Source: Phoronis australis (Eukaryota; Animalia; Phoronida). From it: a stretch of DNA of 64,000 nt. The number at the start of each line of letters is the position of its first letter. Position 1 is the stretch's first letter. The notes beneath the pieces were generated by a model, which saw only the letters and a list, made by a program, of their open reading frames with translations, made no database searches and had not been told where the DNA came from. The stretch is taken from assembly GCA_002633005.1 (NCBI GenBank), contig NMRA01000376.1:230383-294382 (forward strand), in the 5' to 3' direction. Position numbers and translations under genes: made by a program. This document shows, in pieces, positions 40,472-54,530 of this stretch.

Positions 40472-43263
40472 TGTGTCAGAGATATAATGTTCGAATTTAG
40501 CCAGATTTGGACATTTTGTATGGCCCTACATAACCTAAGGATGCATTCATGCCTAGTCCATGATTAAAAACAAGTAAATTGCTTTTGTTGAGAGCTGGAA
40601 TATGCAGTCCTGCACTTGGACAATCTGTCAAATTGTTATTTGTCTCTGACCCAAAGCACTGCATTTCTTTCAACGCTATCTTCATAAAGACACTACAACT
40701 GATGTCTAGGAAATTATTTCACATGTGTACTTGGCAGTCGGAGCCATTAAAGCTCAGCTCTCTGTCCTGTTAACTGTCTACAGATTGCTGAAAAAATGTT
40801 TTAATGTTTTGTTGGTAAAAGTGATAACATCTACACCACTAAGATAGTGATTAATGTCTATCAACACCTCTATCTAGTTATTTTACCTGGTTGGAGCCGT
40901 GCAAATTGCTCACAGGTTATGGTTCACTTGCTATAAGACGGTGTTGTCAGATTTCAGTCTACACTAGCTTAATCATGCTTTTATAACTGTATTCCCTGTT
41001 GCCGATCTAATTTCTTATGCTTTTCAACCGGGCATAATTACAAGCGTATCACATTAAGATTCATTTTTGTGTAGCAAAGTTAAAAGTCTCGTTCAGTGAA
41101 AGGTGTAAACAGAGATCTTCCATTTTGTACCTTTTATGAGACATTCACCTCAACATCTTACATTCAATAAACATGCCAGGATACAGCAAGTGTAACAACA
41201 GTAAGTTGTTGTGATAAACAGAAGGTATGAACCCCAGTGCCTCAATGTCTGCAGTTTAATATATCATATGATAATTCTTCACTTATTTTGCACAAAAAAA
41301 AATTGCCAAAATTGTCATTTTTCAATTTTTCAAAGGTCAATTACTTCGTCACAAGTAAAAGAAAAAATTTGTTTCGTGATGACATGTACACAGTACAAAC
41401 CAAGCAGAAATGAACTACAAATTTCTTGATCTTCATTTTTGTTGAGAAAGTTGAGAAAATATAATTTCACTAGTCCACAATATTGTGTGCTAGATAGGTG
41501 AAGAATTACTTTAGTTTCAAGAGCGTAGTGTATAACTTGCGACTTCTGACATTCACCAAACATTGCTATCGATTGCCACAGAGTCTCTTGCAGGGTATGG
41601 TTAAACTGCATTTCAGCCTGTTTTGTTGTCTAGAAATGAAAATTGAATTAGACCTTTTATTCTCATCAAGTCGGTATGATAATTTTCCTTACCGCGGTCG
41701 AGTTCCATTTCTTTCCGTTGCCTCAATTGGAAAATGGCTGTCGTAACCTATGAGATTGTTGATATGACCATGTCTAAAAAAACATGCATTAATTATATGC
41801 AGGGCTGTGTACTTTTTGTTATAGGCGTCTTTTCAATATTTTAATAGGGGTCAATTTTTGGAATGGGGGAACCAAGTACAGAATTTTTAAGTACAACCTT
41901 AGCTAACTTGATTTCAATCTCTATTGTTTTTTCCTGTTTTGTGTGAAGAATGCTCAATTTTACAGGACCTGTAATTACCTAGTAGTTCAAATATTCGAGT
42001 TTATTGCTAACGCATCATATGTCAAACCAATCTATGGCTAGGACCAACAATGAAAAACCACATCATGTATTCACCTGCTGCAAATTGTGCTTTGACAAAT
42101 AGTTCAAATCTATACAAGTGGTTACAGTAGTCTGAATTTTTTGACAATCTTTAATTTTCGTGCTCTCATGTACCTTCTCCGGTGAGTGCTTGCACAACAA
42201 TGGAGGTGACGTTTCTTTGGGTGTCATTTGCATAAGGATGATGGATTAATTTGAACTTGCCCAGCTCCTCTTGATTCATGTAAGCACTTGTTCAATGAGT
42301 GTTTACAAGTTTTCTTCGCATATTTTCTTTGATCATTGGTCATATGCTAATCGACATAATATTTTATGTAAATATGATTATGTGTTAACATGGTTATTCG
42401 TAAAAAATATAAAGACGACCAGTCGAATGGAACAGGCCCCGAGTCACTCCCACTCCTTAGAAGCCTCATGTAGCATTGTCCAATCACCCATGAAGTGCAC
42501 TACGACGGTCGGCATTTGGGAATATGTTAGTAATGATGTCTATTTTCTTGGGTAGTATTAAAATTAAGTAAACCACATCATGTATAATTTTACCAAAATT
42601 AATGTGAGGACACAAGTGAGAATTTTAATTTTTAGTTGAAGGTTATTAATTGCTTTCATTTATTACGATGAATATTTTTGGGAAAGCTGCTTCCCCCCTG
42701 CATTTCCCATTTCTTTGCAGAACTCTAAGGACAGGTTCCCACACAAAAATTTGCAAAATGTCATGAAATAGCCCACAAACAGCAAAGGAAATCATTTGGT
42801 TGTACTTGTTTAAGTTTGCTTTAGCAAACAAGGTATACTCTTAATTCTTCACCGATGTGATGTCAAAACTAGTGATGTATCGTCTGACTTTTGGCCAAAA
42901 CAACTACCTTTCCATGGTAACGTAACAGTTGGTCACATGATATTTGTGAGGTCATAGTGTTATAAATATGAAATCAAATGCTAATTGTTTACAGTTCACA
43001 AGTTCAATAATTAGCCGTTTTTTTGGTTTTGGTACTTGAACATACAGAGTTACATATGTTCTGTGACAAGTAAAACAATGTAGAGAAATGGGTACAAAAT
43101 AAGCAGATTGTAGTCATTGGTGATTTTTAAAAGGCATGATGTTCAAGAATAATGAGTATCCATGCAATGATGAGTTGCCATAAGTTCACCAAAGGCTTCA
43201 AATAGCCGTGTCTTTGTTTCTTTAAATTTGACATCACCACTTTTCATGTTTAGCGTCCCCCAC

Positions 43264-43550
43264 TTCCTGGGGGTGCTCAACCATACTTTTGACGGGGTCT
43301 GCTGTACCCACCCATTTAGGGAGTGGAGTTGTAAAAGGGAGCCAGCTGTGGGCAAAAAGTCACCCTTTTGTATTGTTTCATAAACACCATCTCTGTGTAG
43401 GGTAAATTTTGTAAACCAAAACTTAACCTTTTGTTAAGTTCTGAACTCCCTTTTTACGGTATTAAATTGGAAGGGTCATGAAAAAGTCACCCATGTGAGT
43501 GGCATGTCCTGCGTACTTCTTTTTTGGACCGCGAATGTCCCCCTCTGGGC
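43264..43550. mobile_element. MITE with CC(T)GGGGG...CCCCC..GGG ends
   Basis: CCTGGGGGTGCTC at left, GTCCCCCTCTGGG at right, internal repeated AAAAAGTCACCC. Confidence 0.55.
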
Positions 43551-46500
43551 CTGCTTCATATCAAGTGTCCATTTGCATGTATGTTTTAGCTACCAAAAGT
43601 CATGAAGAGCACCTGAGGGAGGTGTCTTCCATGTAATATATTAGGAGAGGGGTTGTGTGGCATTCAAACTACATCCCAATGGAATACCGGGACAATGGGT
43701 AAAAATGGATAGACCTACCTGAGACAATTTAAGGATGAAAGCTATGTGCGACAATACCACTTTTACCAACCTCACAACACATACCACAAAGCGAAAATTT
43801 GCAGCTAGCCGGTTAGCAGCATGTCTAACCCTTCTTTTCAAATCCGGCCACTCATATCTGATTAGGTTTTGTTTTAAGTGATAAGTGCAAACTGTTATTT
43901 AAAAATTCAAGCTGAATTGAATCTTCTCGGTTGTTCAAACATAAGTGTTGCTTAATTCGTCATTGTTTTGAAAACATATCCAGGATACATGGGCAAAGCT
44001 TATCCTGGTCAACTGAAGTTTAATGGCTTAATTAAATCATGTTGTTCTTAAGACAATGATACTTTGTTTTGCATTACTCCAAAATCACCAGCTGGTTAGT
44101 TTTTCCTAGTCAGTGTCGACGTGTTTGTTGTTATTGCATCAGTCCTGTCACAGACTTGTGTTATAACTGTAAAACATGGTACTGAAGAGTAAAGAACCAT
44201 GTTTTGTAAGCCAGCATCTTGTTTTGAAAGGATCAGGTGTTCTGCTGTAATTAAAGTGTTCCCCATGTCTAAATGGTTCTGGCACAAGCTCTTGCATGAC
44301 AAGTGTGTTAAAAGGTAAGTCAGATTGTGTAATTGATATTAAAGAATGTCTCAAGAATGCTGCTGGTGCCAAGCAGAGAGAGCCATGGTGGTGGCAGTCA
44401 AGTATTGTGTAACTGTGGTCAGAAATCCCCCTNTTTGGGCTCTTCTGTGATTAGTCACATGGGTGTGCTTTCTTCCAAATGGTTACAGAGCTGTTGGTTG
44501 CATAATTAGAAATCCAAACCTTTGCAATACCTGGGCAATAACAGTGGGCAATACCTGGGCAGTTGGGAGTAAGGGACGCCTGAGACCAAGAACTACCCAT
44601 TGTTGTCTGTTTTCCTCTGTTCCCTTTGGCTTCGTGCCCTTTCGTGATTGAAAGTTCTTAATTGTCCCTTGCTAATTTGAGATTAGGCCAAAAAAACCAT
44701 AGCTGGTTCTGGTCTGGGTTTTTTGAAAATCGGTGGTGTATTTTTACTTACTTTTCAAAGAATGAAAATCCTCAGGAAAAATAATGCGGGATCTGTTTTT
44801 TTTATTTTTATGCATCACTTGGCAAATCATGGGGTTGCTTTCCCTTGCTGATGTGCCATTGCAAAGCTTTTCAAAAAAATCATACCTTGGCCGATATCGA
44901 TGCAGTGAATGCAAATCAGAAAATGAGTTGTGGTAGACCAGAACCAAATGGGTTTTTTGGCTAACATTGTGGCAGTGTTGAACTAAACAACTTGGAGTAA
45001 TCCCAGCTTCTGTATGAATGTTGAACAAGTGCTGGAAATTAAACTGATTTTTGTACTTTCTTGTTAAGTGTTTTATTGATGCATTTATTGTTCCAGTTTC
45101 AGATGGCAGGATTTATACTCACTCTTACAGTTGAGACGGCTAGGCCTGCCTCTCCATCTTCGGTGTAAGGTAGCTGTAGCTTCATTATCTGAGAAAACTA
45201 TTTTGGGATGACATAAGGAAACACCAGAGTGTAAATATTCTGTCTGGAATCAGGTGCAATTAGACCTCTTTTCTTGTTCCTTGCAGACCATTATGTGTAA
45301 CTATCAGTTACTTCTGATGGCTGAGATAAAGTGAACTACAAACTCAATTAGGCAGTGGTATGTGGTCCTGTTTTCTACCAATTTCTCATGCTTGTTTGCA
45401 GGCATGCAGCTTTGGTGATCAACGGAATTGAATGTGTAAGAAAACTGGATAGGCTGAATGACTTTATGGAATGGTGTGGTTGCTGGACTATTCATTGAAA
45501 CAGCAATTAGAGTCTGGTCACATAAATTTGGGCTTGGTAGCCAGAGGCATTTACATACAACATTGCTTACAAGTGAATCCATTTCCAATAATTTGCACTG
45601 ATGCTTACAACTGACCATATTAGTGGACTATGAGAAGATCAGGTAAAGATTCTTAATAATTGGTTTGTAGTAAAGTGTACAATACAATACCAATTTCTCT
45701 GTTGGATACTAGCCATAAATTACCATCATTCCTGTGTTTGGTACATATCCATTTCCACTTTCCCCAGGGGACATGTCTTGGAGAAGTGACACCTGTTCAG
45801 GCTGACCTTGCTCTGCATCACTTCACTTCTCATTAATGGCGATCAGCACCCAGCCCAGGGGGTATTACCAGAATTTGCAAAAACCAATTTAAGTTATGTC
45901 ATGTCCAAGTTAACTAATGTTTATGTTTAACTTACTTATAAACATGAACTAAGCACTTGCTGCAGAAATGACCTGCTGGTTTGCCCACACTTCAGGAGAC
46001 AGTGTTTCCTGCTAGTTCCATAATTCTATGACTTGTTATTGTTTAATTTCTTAATTCCAGAAACTTTTATTGTACCAAGGCAGCATTGCTTGTGTAAGTT
46101 TTGGTACAAAACTTTAAAAAATATTTTAATTATGCAAAACTGATCCAAACCAGAAGTGTTGTTGAAATCTGTTACATCACTTAAGTGCCAGAGAAACTTT
46201 GGAATCTCCATTGTAAGCCAACCCCAGCCCAACAGAGAGCTGCCAAGTCAACTTGGAACATGTGTCATACTCACTTGAAATGACCATCATTATAGAAGAT
46301 GTATCATGTCTTTAATGATAGGATTCTGTTCACCATTGTTATATCCTAGACACAAAATGATGTCCATCTATTGGCAGTTGTCATCAACAACACAAACAGT
46401 AAATTCCCTTGCTTTCATTCTCATGCCTAAGAGGCATTCCCCAGACAGCCTTTCCATTGAGGAGAAAATAATAAACAAACAGTGTCCTCTCTATAAAAGC

Positions 46501-47447
46501 ACAGTGGATTGATATTGACCACAGGCATTGCATCACAATTGCACAGTGGCAAATGGTTTGAGTTGTAATTTGATATCACATTTGCTGAAGGGATAAACTA
46601 CAGATGTTATATTATCTCTCTGTCACTGCTTCAAATCCTATCTGCTAAATGTCTTTACTTTTTGAAAATGAACCTATGTTATTACAAACCATTTGCAGAG
46701 ATGTACTTATAATGTAACTCCTGGTTGGTTGCCTTTCAAAGTAAAACCCTGGGTATGTTCGTTCCACTTTGCTAATTTGACCAGTTACCCCTCTTAGATA
46801 ATCAAGACTGTGTCATCCATCTTCATTATAGCCCTCCTTGGGGCAAGTGTCCATTTAACTTGCTGGGGCTAATTATTGACCCATTTGAAGTGGACTCTTC
46901 AGCTATTTTAATCTATTCAAAGACATTCAGGTACGCCCATTCATGAAAAACTATCAAGTCTTTCTTCTGCTGTTAGTCCTGAAATTCAATTTACGGTTAA
47001 AATCTTTGCAAAAAATTTTGGAATTTTGGTGTAATTTGCATTGGCTTTGAAGTTAGAAATTGTTTGAAAATATATAAATTTATGCAGTTGCACAGTCACC
47101 AACATTTTATTGTTCGAGCAGAACCCCCTGTGTTTTTACTGAAGATCCAGAAATAAATTTTCTTGGAAATAATGCAAAAATTTGTATTAGGAAATGTCTT
47201 GCTTATCACATATTTTTGTGTTCGATCTGAAGTTGAAAGTTTAGCATTATAATCGGGTAGTTTAGATGATAGACCAAGTTTTTTTAATAAACCTGTTTGG
47301 TGGAGATCCTTGAGAAATGCCGGTAGAAAGTATACCTTGTCACGTTTTGGTTTGAGGGTGTGCATACCTACCTATAGTGTTTATTTTATGTCTTTACCTT
47401 AAACTAAATTTATTATGACAAGCTGAAAATTGTCTTTCTTATTACAG

Positions 47448-47492
47448 ATGAGATGAAACGAAGGACGTGTACAACTGAGAAGCTCATGTCTT
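47448..47492 (+). other. Candidate 45-nt internal exon (xEMKRRTCTTEKLMS, phase 1-1)
   Basis: Acceptor tgtctttcttattacag|, donor |gtaagc, length divisible by 3. Confidence 0.3.
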
Positions 47493-48107
47493 GTAAGCAT
47501 CGTGTCATGTTTGTTATCATGATTTGATAATGAAAATACTGATAATACTTGCATAATGCTGTAATCATTTCAAGAAACATGTTTTGACACTCAGTAAATA
47601 TTGCATTATATTCACTGTAGTTCCATTTGCAGTACTGTTGCATTAGGCTCTGCTGCTTTGCTGAATGTTTGCTTGAGGATCAATACCATTTGCAATGACT
47701 CGCTAATCTCATGTACAAGGGATTGATGTGGCAAATCACTGATCTCTTATTCTTTGATAAAGAGGGTGCCAAAAGTGAAGGAAGAGGATGGAACTACTAT
47801 TATCAAGCTGTTTTGTTATTTGTATTGTAAATATGACTGGTTTAAAATGTTTTGCACCCTGTCAGAGAGTTCGCCTTACTCTTCCAAACACTAGGGTCCA
47901 TAGGAAATGCGTTATGAATTCCTCGAGGACTATTTGTTCATGTAGGGTCCAAGGAAACACCCCACAAATTGTTACACTAGCACAGAGTGATGCATAATGC
48001 CTACTGGATAAATGAAAAGTTCATTGATCCAGGTAGAGATTGTTGATCATCTTTAGTTTTGTCACTAAATAATTTCATAAGGTTGGTAGAGTACGCATAG
48101 ATTAATT

Positions 48108-49392
48108 AATTCTTATTTACACAGCCAAGCAAAACGTTGTACCTTGACAGTTTCGGCTACTCACAGCAGCCATCTTCAGAAGTTATAGCTATTGGACACT
48201 AGGTGGTGTGGTGATGAGACTACTCCAAATTTTAGATAACTTATACCCCTCATCCTCCCTGTTCATAAGTGAACCACTTTTTCTGACCCAAGCAGAATCT
48301 GGATCTTGAGTTATTTTCCCACTCAAGAGGATGGGCATCTTTCAATTAATAACATGGGCATGATCAGTCACTGCAGATTTCTTAATAGTATTCTGAGACC
48401 ATCTCCTCTCTGGACGTGTGACTCTACGCTGAGATAGTTCATCCATCTCCTTTTTTTTTGTGTTCGTTAACCTGACTGAAAGCTCTCGTCCAGTCTCCCC
48501 GATGTATACAGACTCACAGTTGAGGCACGGAACGCGATAAATACATTGACATTTCTTATCCTCACTTATTCTGTTTTTGGGATTAACTAAAACGTTCATG
48601 ATAGTTTCACAAGGCTTCATGGTAGTGACTAGGCCATATTGTCAGAACTCACGTTGTGCAGTTTCCGAAAGATCTTTACGTACAGGATGACGACATTGCC
48701 TTTTCTCTCCTCTTCCGGTTGACGATTCCTCCCGATAAAATCCACATTCGATAGCGTCTGCTTTACCTTGTTGATGGACCACTTGGGATAACCACATTTA
48801 ACTAGCGCATCTTCTATGTTTTTCTTATGCAGCCCTATCTTTATCATGTGTTATTTAACTTCTAGAGCATGCAAACGATGTTCTAATAACTCCAGACTTG
48901 TGGTGCAGAGGATGGTGTGAGTTAAAGTGGAGGTATTGGTCTGTGTGTGTAGGTTTGCAGAATACTGACCAACAGTCTGAGGCTACCATCGTCCTTCCTA
49001 ATAATGAGAGTGTCTAAAAATAGAATCTTGCCCTCCTGCTCTGCTTCATAGGTAAACTTGATGTTACCAGAGGGAACCACTTTGTTCTTGAAAATGATCA
49101 GTTAAATCATCAACTTGTCCCCGTTTCACAATTTCTAAAACATCGTCCACATAACATTTCCATAGAGACGGTTTACACTCCAACGGGGCTGCGGCGATGG
49201 CCTGGTTCTCAAGAAATTCCATATAAATGTTAGCAACCACTGGGGACACTGGGCTGCCCATCGCAGCACCAAACTTTTGTCTGTAGATTTTTCCTTGAAA
49301 TGTGAAATACGTGGTAGTTTAGACGTGTTCTGAGTAGCCGAATCTGTCAAGGTACAACGTTTTGCTTGGTTATGTAAATAAGAATAAATCTA
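48108..49392 (-). mobile_element. Decayed, 5'-truncated Penelope-like retroelement (RT + GIY-YIG endonuclease) with inverted partial pLTR
   Basis: Frameshifted fragments MGSPVSPVVANIYME, WKCYVDD (RT), KPTHTDQYLHFNSHHP, CGYPKW, IYRVPCLNCESVYIGETGR and SAVTDH (GIY-YIG). 48110-48163 is an inverted repeat of 49331-49386. Confidence 0.95.
48140..48185 (-). ncRNA. Minimal type I hammerhead ribozyme in the Penelope pLTR
   Basis: Minus strand: UAACUU-CUGAAGA-U-GGCUGCU-gug-AGUAGCC-GAAAC-U-GUC|AAGGUA. This gives a CUGANGA core, 7-bp stem II, GAAA, GUC cleavage triplet and 5/6-bp stem I. Confidence 0.8.
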
Positions 49393-50010
49393 GTATGTCT
49401 TTAGTTTTATGTTGTGCAACTTATGAAAAATTTGTGATCTTAGTGAGGCGCCTGTGAAGACTATATTTGTCCTTAGCTAGGTTGCGTCAAATGATGGAAA
49501 ACTGTAGCTTTAGCAAACATTATAGTGGCAGAATTTTGTAATTCGAATGGGTAAGGTTGGAAAGTCCTGAGTAAACAGGTGGATTTAAGAGTTGGCACAT
49601 CACAACAGAGGAAACGCTCAGCTTCGGTGTCTATCAATAGGGTGTCACTGGTGTGACAATGGTGAAGGTCGTATCAGGCTACCTTCCAAAAACTTCGATG
49701 ACTATAGCATCAATCGATAACTCTGATGTCTCTGCCAAAGCTAATAGGAAAATTTTGCAGTTTACGTTGTCACTTCGATAGTACTAGATTTAACTTGATA
49801 TTAACAGTACGTAGGATTGTGATTGACCATTGTTCTGTGACAAGGAACAAAAGATCTGTCACAGCTAGTTGTGAATAGTTTTGAAATTTGTCTTGCATGG
49901 GTTTGCATTGCGATATTCACTGTCCTTTATCAAGTACTGTGAGGCAGGGGTTAGTCCAACTGGGGAGGTGAGTACTTACGTACTTCCAGTATTGATTGTT
50001 TTATTTGCAG

Positions 50011-50080
50011 TTTGATAAGGATATAAGAATTTTTAGCATTTTTGTAATGGGTATTTTATTTTGAAACTATTGGTATGAAG
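50011..50080 (+). other. Candidate non-coding 70-nt exon
   Basis: Strong acceptor ttgttttatttgcag| and consensus donor AAG|gtaagt, but stops in all three frames. Confidence 0.3.
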
Positions 50081-53034
50081 GTAAGTTCTATTTTTTAACC
50101 GAAGTATTGTTCTTGTTCAAATGGGACCTTGGTGAACAAACTAAGCATTGATATGGGTGCTCTTCTGATGTGTGAAGACACACTCCCACCCATTTTGTCT
50201 GTTGGAACAAAACCAACACGAGACTGGAAGAACTCTGAAGTTGTGGTAATGCATAAAATTTGAAAATGCAATGCTTTTGGGAGGTGTTCTACTCTACTTA
50301 CTTGGGTTAAAGCCCTGGGCACTTAAATTGCCGACTTCAAAAATCAGAGGCTGTGGGCATTTGATTACAAATATTTTCATTTAGTGCCAACTCCAGGTGA
50401 CAGCAGTTAGATATCTATCTAGTCCCTTGTCAATGTTCCATCAGTAATTTGTCAGCTTCATAGACTTATTAAAACCTTAAGGAAATGCCTATGGATTTAT
50501 TAAGGTAAACACATCCCTGCTTGAGACAGTTGCCAACAAATAGCACCGCTTTGGCAAATTTTTGTTGTTAGTATTATTGGGGGGGGGGGGGGTTATTGGC
50601 TTGGTATGGTCACCAGTGTTCATGACACTCTCATTACTTCAACAAATCTATTGACAAAGTAAATTAAGGTGTTCTGAAGCTTCTACCTTAAAAACTATGC
50701 TTTGAGAAGTCGGTGGAAACTTACAAGGGTCATTTAAGGAAAATGTGTGCATGGGTCTATTAACTCACTGATTCAAATCTGTAGACCAGATCCTTCCTGT
50801 GGAAAGTGTTTTCTCTTTTCCAATTGCGTTCACAATGACATGGATGCTTTCATAGAATTCTCAATCAAGTAATTTCAATTGGTCCTTGGCATTAAGCCAA
50901 GCATTTGCACTCAAAGTTATAATTTCTTTGCGTCTTGGTAGTAAACCAAACATCGCCATTAAGTTGGACGGTAAGGTTGTTTTGTTTGACTATTTATTTT
51001 TCAGCTAGTGAGGAAGAAAATGTTTACTGCTCGATGTCCTGGTTTTTTCAAGTCGTTAAAACACTAAAATTTAGTTAGCTACACAGTCATATTCAGGATT
51101 TGTAACAGTGACCTCCTGATTTTTATCTACTTGCTTGAATGGCAAGGTGATTATTTTGTTTAAATATTAGTAAGACACACTACTTATCCACTGACCCACT
51201 CTTGTACCATGGGAAAGTGCCACACCTATATGATCTGGTCAAAACAGTTTGAGTATTTGTTTTGATCTCAAACAAAATTTTGTGATTAGATTGTACATTC
51301 TTATCTCTATTTAAATTCAGTTGAAAATGTGTGATCTGAAGTTTGATCATGTTTTTGTGGTTATCATATTAAATTTATTCCATATGTACATATTCAGTAG
51401 CTATCATAACATATAAACTGATAACTGTGGGATTTAAAATTTTTGTCATGTGTGATAAGGTGGCATGCATAAACACGAGTTTTTGATGTGTAAACTTGTT
51501 GAGGTTGCAAACATTGTGCAGCTTTTTCTGATGTTTACAGACCCACTTATGAAATACCTGTAGCTAAGATACACCTGTTGGGGTTGGCTTCTGGGACGAT
51601 TCTTTCTGCCAACCAAAGACGGTGTGATATTTACCATGAACGTTGGTTAATATATATGCTCACATAAGCTTCGATACTCTACTTTTGAAAGTTTTGTCTG
51701 AACTATTTATGAAGTATGGTAGCTTCAACATGTTCATGGAAGGTTCTTTAATTTTCTGGCCGCATGGCGAGTTTTATTGTTCCAATTGCACTTTGATTGT
51801 ATTTAGCGTTTCTGACTCTTGCTTCAAAGTGGCTATCATGAGCAATTCATTTTAGTTCAGGGATTTTCTGATAGTGAGCCCCAGGGCGTAAATTTGTAAA
51901 ATTGCATTGTTAATTTAGGACCTGAAGTGTAAGCTCAGGCATACCTTTGGAAATAGATGTACTATAAATGGAAATGTACCAGCAGCAACTCTATTGAATG
52001 AGGATCATTATGTTGAGAAAGTTTATGGAACCTACCCTTGTCAATTAGACAATTCCGCAAAAATGTGCTAGAATAGCTATGCTTTGTTTATCCCAAAGCC
52101 TTGTTTCTGTTTGACAGTGCTGAAACAATGCAAATTTCTGGGAATCTCCCTAATATAAGCCCGTGGGTCTTCATTAGAACTGTGCTCCAACTTAAGGGAA
52201 TAGGATATGATGAGGACGTATTTCTAAGAAAAAAGGATATGCATAAAATAAAAAATGTGCTATATTACACTTTACTCAGTAATTGTCTTTTACTTATAAT
52301 TTCGTGATGACCTCTGCCCGATAACGTCGGTACCTGTATATGCTCTCCCCGTGTGCTGGTGTCATTTCATAGTAAATCTGCAGCATTGGAGACCAGAATG
52401 GACTGGATACATGCTGTATATGAAAAATACCAAAATACCTAAATCTCGCATGACCTCAACATACTTGTCACTTTGGCTTTGAAGGTAAAGAAAACCCAAG
52501 ATTTGGCTTTTAAAACTATGAGAAAAGAATGGTTCTTTTGAATAATGAATTTGTTGGGTAGAATGAAAGGCTGGCTGACTTGCCTCAGTGTCACAAGTCA
52601 GTTTCAACAGTGTGGGCCATTTTTAACGCACTGCAGAAGACACCAACATGCAATGTCCCTGGCAACTACTGTAGTCACATGCATTTCAAGGGGAGACAGC
52701 TGTCACAGAGCAACTAACACAGAACAGCTGATCCAGCGCAAGTGTGTGTGTTAACACTACTTACATGGAGCAAGCTGGCACTGCAGTGGCCATTTTTGAC
52801 TCCGTTTTTGAGAGTTAGAGCGCACAATCAGTTGCCTCAGTGTCAAATATATGTCTAAACACAACTGGGGCAGGGCGGAAAGGATCATCTTTCAATTCAC
52901 TTGTGCAATATTGTATTTTTGGATGATCTGTTGGCATTCCACGTGGTTTGGGCATTCGCTGTTGTTTATGTGAGCATGTGCAGACAGTCATGCTGATTCA
53001 CTTTTCGATCTAATGTCATGTAAATGCAACTTAA

Positions 53035-54530
53035 CCCTCTTGCTGCCAGAGCCCATGGTGACCCACATAACCTCCAGTGCCAGGCATTATAAAGCACCTT
53101 CTAGTGGCCATGTTACGAACTACTAACTTGTGCTTTTAATTAATCATTTTTCAAATGATGATCATTATTTTTCAAGTTACCATTGATACTGTGAGTAGAG
53201 CATAGATTTATCTTGTTGATTACATTTCAGTTATATAAAACATAATTGTTTTTTCAGAGTAGGGGCCTTGGAATCAAAAGACCCGTGGATAAAAATCTAA
53301 ACATGCGTGTATTTTGGTGACAAAAATCAATTTATATGCTTCATTAACTATTTCACAAGGTCTTAACTTGTTTTTCTTACGATTCAGAAAGTATCTGTGG
53401 ACCTGGACAAGAACTAACAATTTTTTTCTAGCTTTAACACCAATAAACGATATTGATAAAATCACGGTCTAATTGAAGAAAATCATTGAACTCTGACATA
53501 CTTTTACATGTTTATTATTTGAAAAACTGAATCAACAAATTCATTTTATGAACATATATACATGTTTACAAAATTAACAAGAAGTTAGAATATAAGAGTA
53601 AACGAGTTATTTTAATAAAGTAACTGATTTAGACACAAGTAACAAGTTCAGTCCTTTTTTATCACAAGTGTTCAGTTCAGTCCTTATTACTCAACATTGT
53701 TTACAAAATGATCAACAGAAACTTATTTTGTGACATAACTAATAAGACAAAATCGTTTGAAATATCGTGGAAGTGTTCTAATGATAATGTACAAATGGTT
53801 TTCACAAGTCCGATAGGTATTTGAAGGGCCGTCACAGCACGGATATCGTCTGGTGACACGGGAGCCCAGCCTTGCAAACGCGAGTGTCACGATAACGGCT
53901 GGCTTTTCGCGAGTATTGATCCGCGAAAATGTTCGTCTGGGTGCAAATCATCCTCATAAAATCCTTATTGAAGAAAAGTTTGAAGTAGTTAACAGGTTTA
54001 GTACCCACTAAAATCACGCGAATCCCTGGAACTTCAGTGAACTCCAGACACTACGATCGAACAGGTAAGTTACTTGTGTCAGCCACCCATTCCTCGTGTA
54101 AAACGTCGCCACCGCTCTCAAGAACGGCATCCAAGTCAGCGTCCCTCATAAATCTTCTAAAGTAAAACCTTCATACTCCTTGTCTCTATCAAAATCGTTC
54201 GTAAAAATCGTATAAACCGCATCTAAATAACTATCGTCAAACTCGTTCGCCATGTTTACTATCTCAATACGCGTGGTTTTTAACTCGCGAATCACGTGCG
54301 CTTTGACATCATTGGAAGTCAAATTTTTCACTGAATGCTTAGTAAAACTAAATTTGATTGGCTTAGCCACATTTTCTTGTGGGTGTGCCTTCAAAACCGA
54401 CGCCAATTGGCTAAAATCTGAAGGGTATCTTGAGGCTGTTTTCTGGGTCACATGGTCGCAAATATGCGACTACGGCACTGGCAAGGGATAAAGTTGTTGT
54501 CGCAGAATTGCGACCACGGCAGTAAGAGGG
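53035..54530 (-). mobile_element. Internally deleted piggyBac element
   Basis: TTAA TSDs (53031-53034, 54531-54534); TIRs CCCTCTTGCTGCC / GGCAGTAAGAGGG; transposase remnants EYEGF and PVNYFKLFFNKDFMRMICTQTNIFADQY (piggyBac N-terminal motif). Catalytic core missing. Confidence 0.93.

Noticed and set aside
45103-45168. Short + strand ORF/exon (MAGFILTLTVETARPASPSSV*)
   Set aside because: Ambiguous donors, very short, no supporting homology.
54146-54451. Independent 101-aa gene
   Set aside because: It is the leader and N-terminus of the deleted piggyBac transposase.
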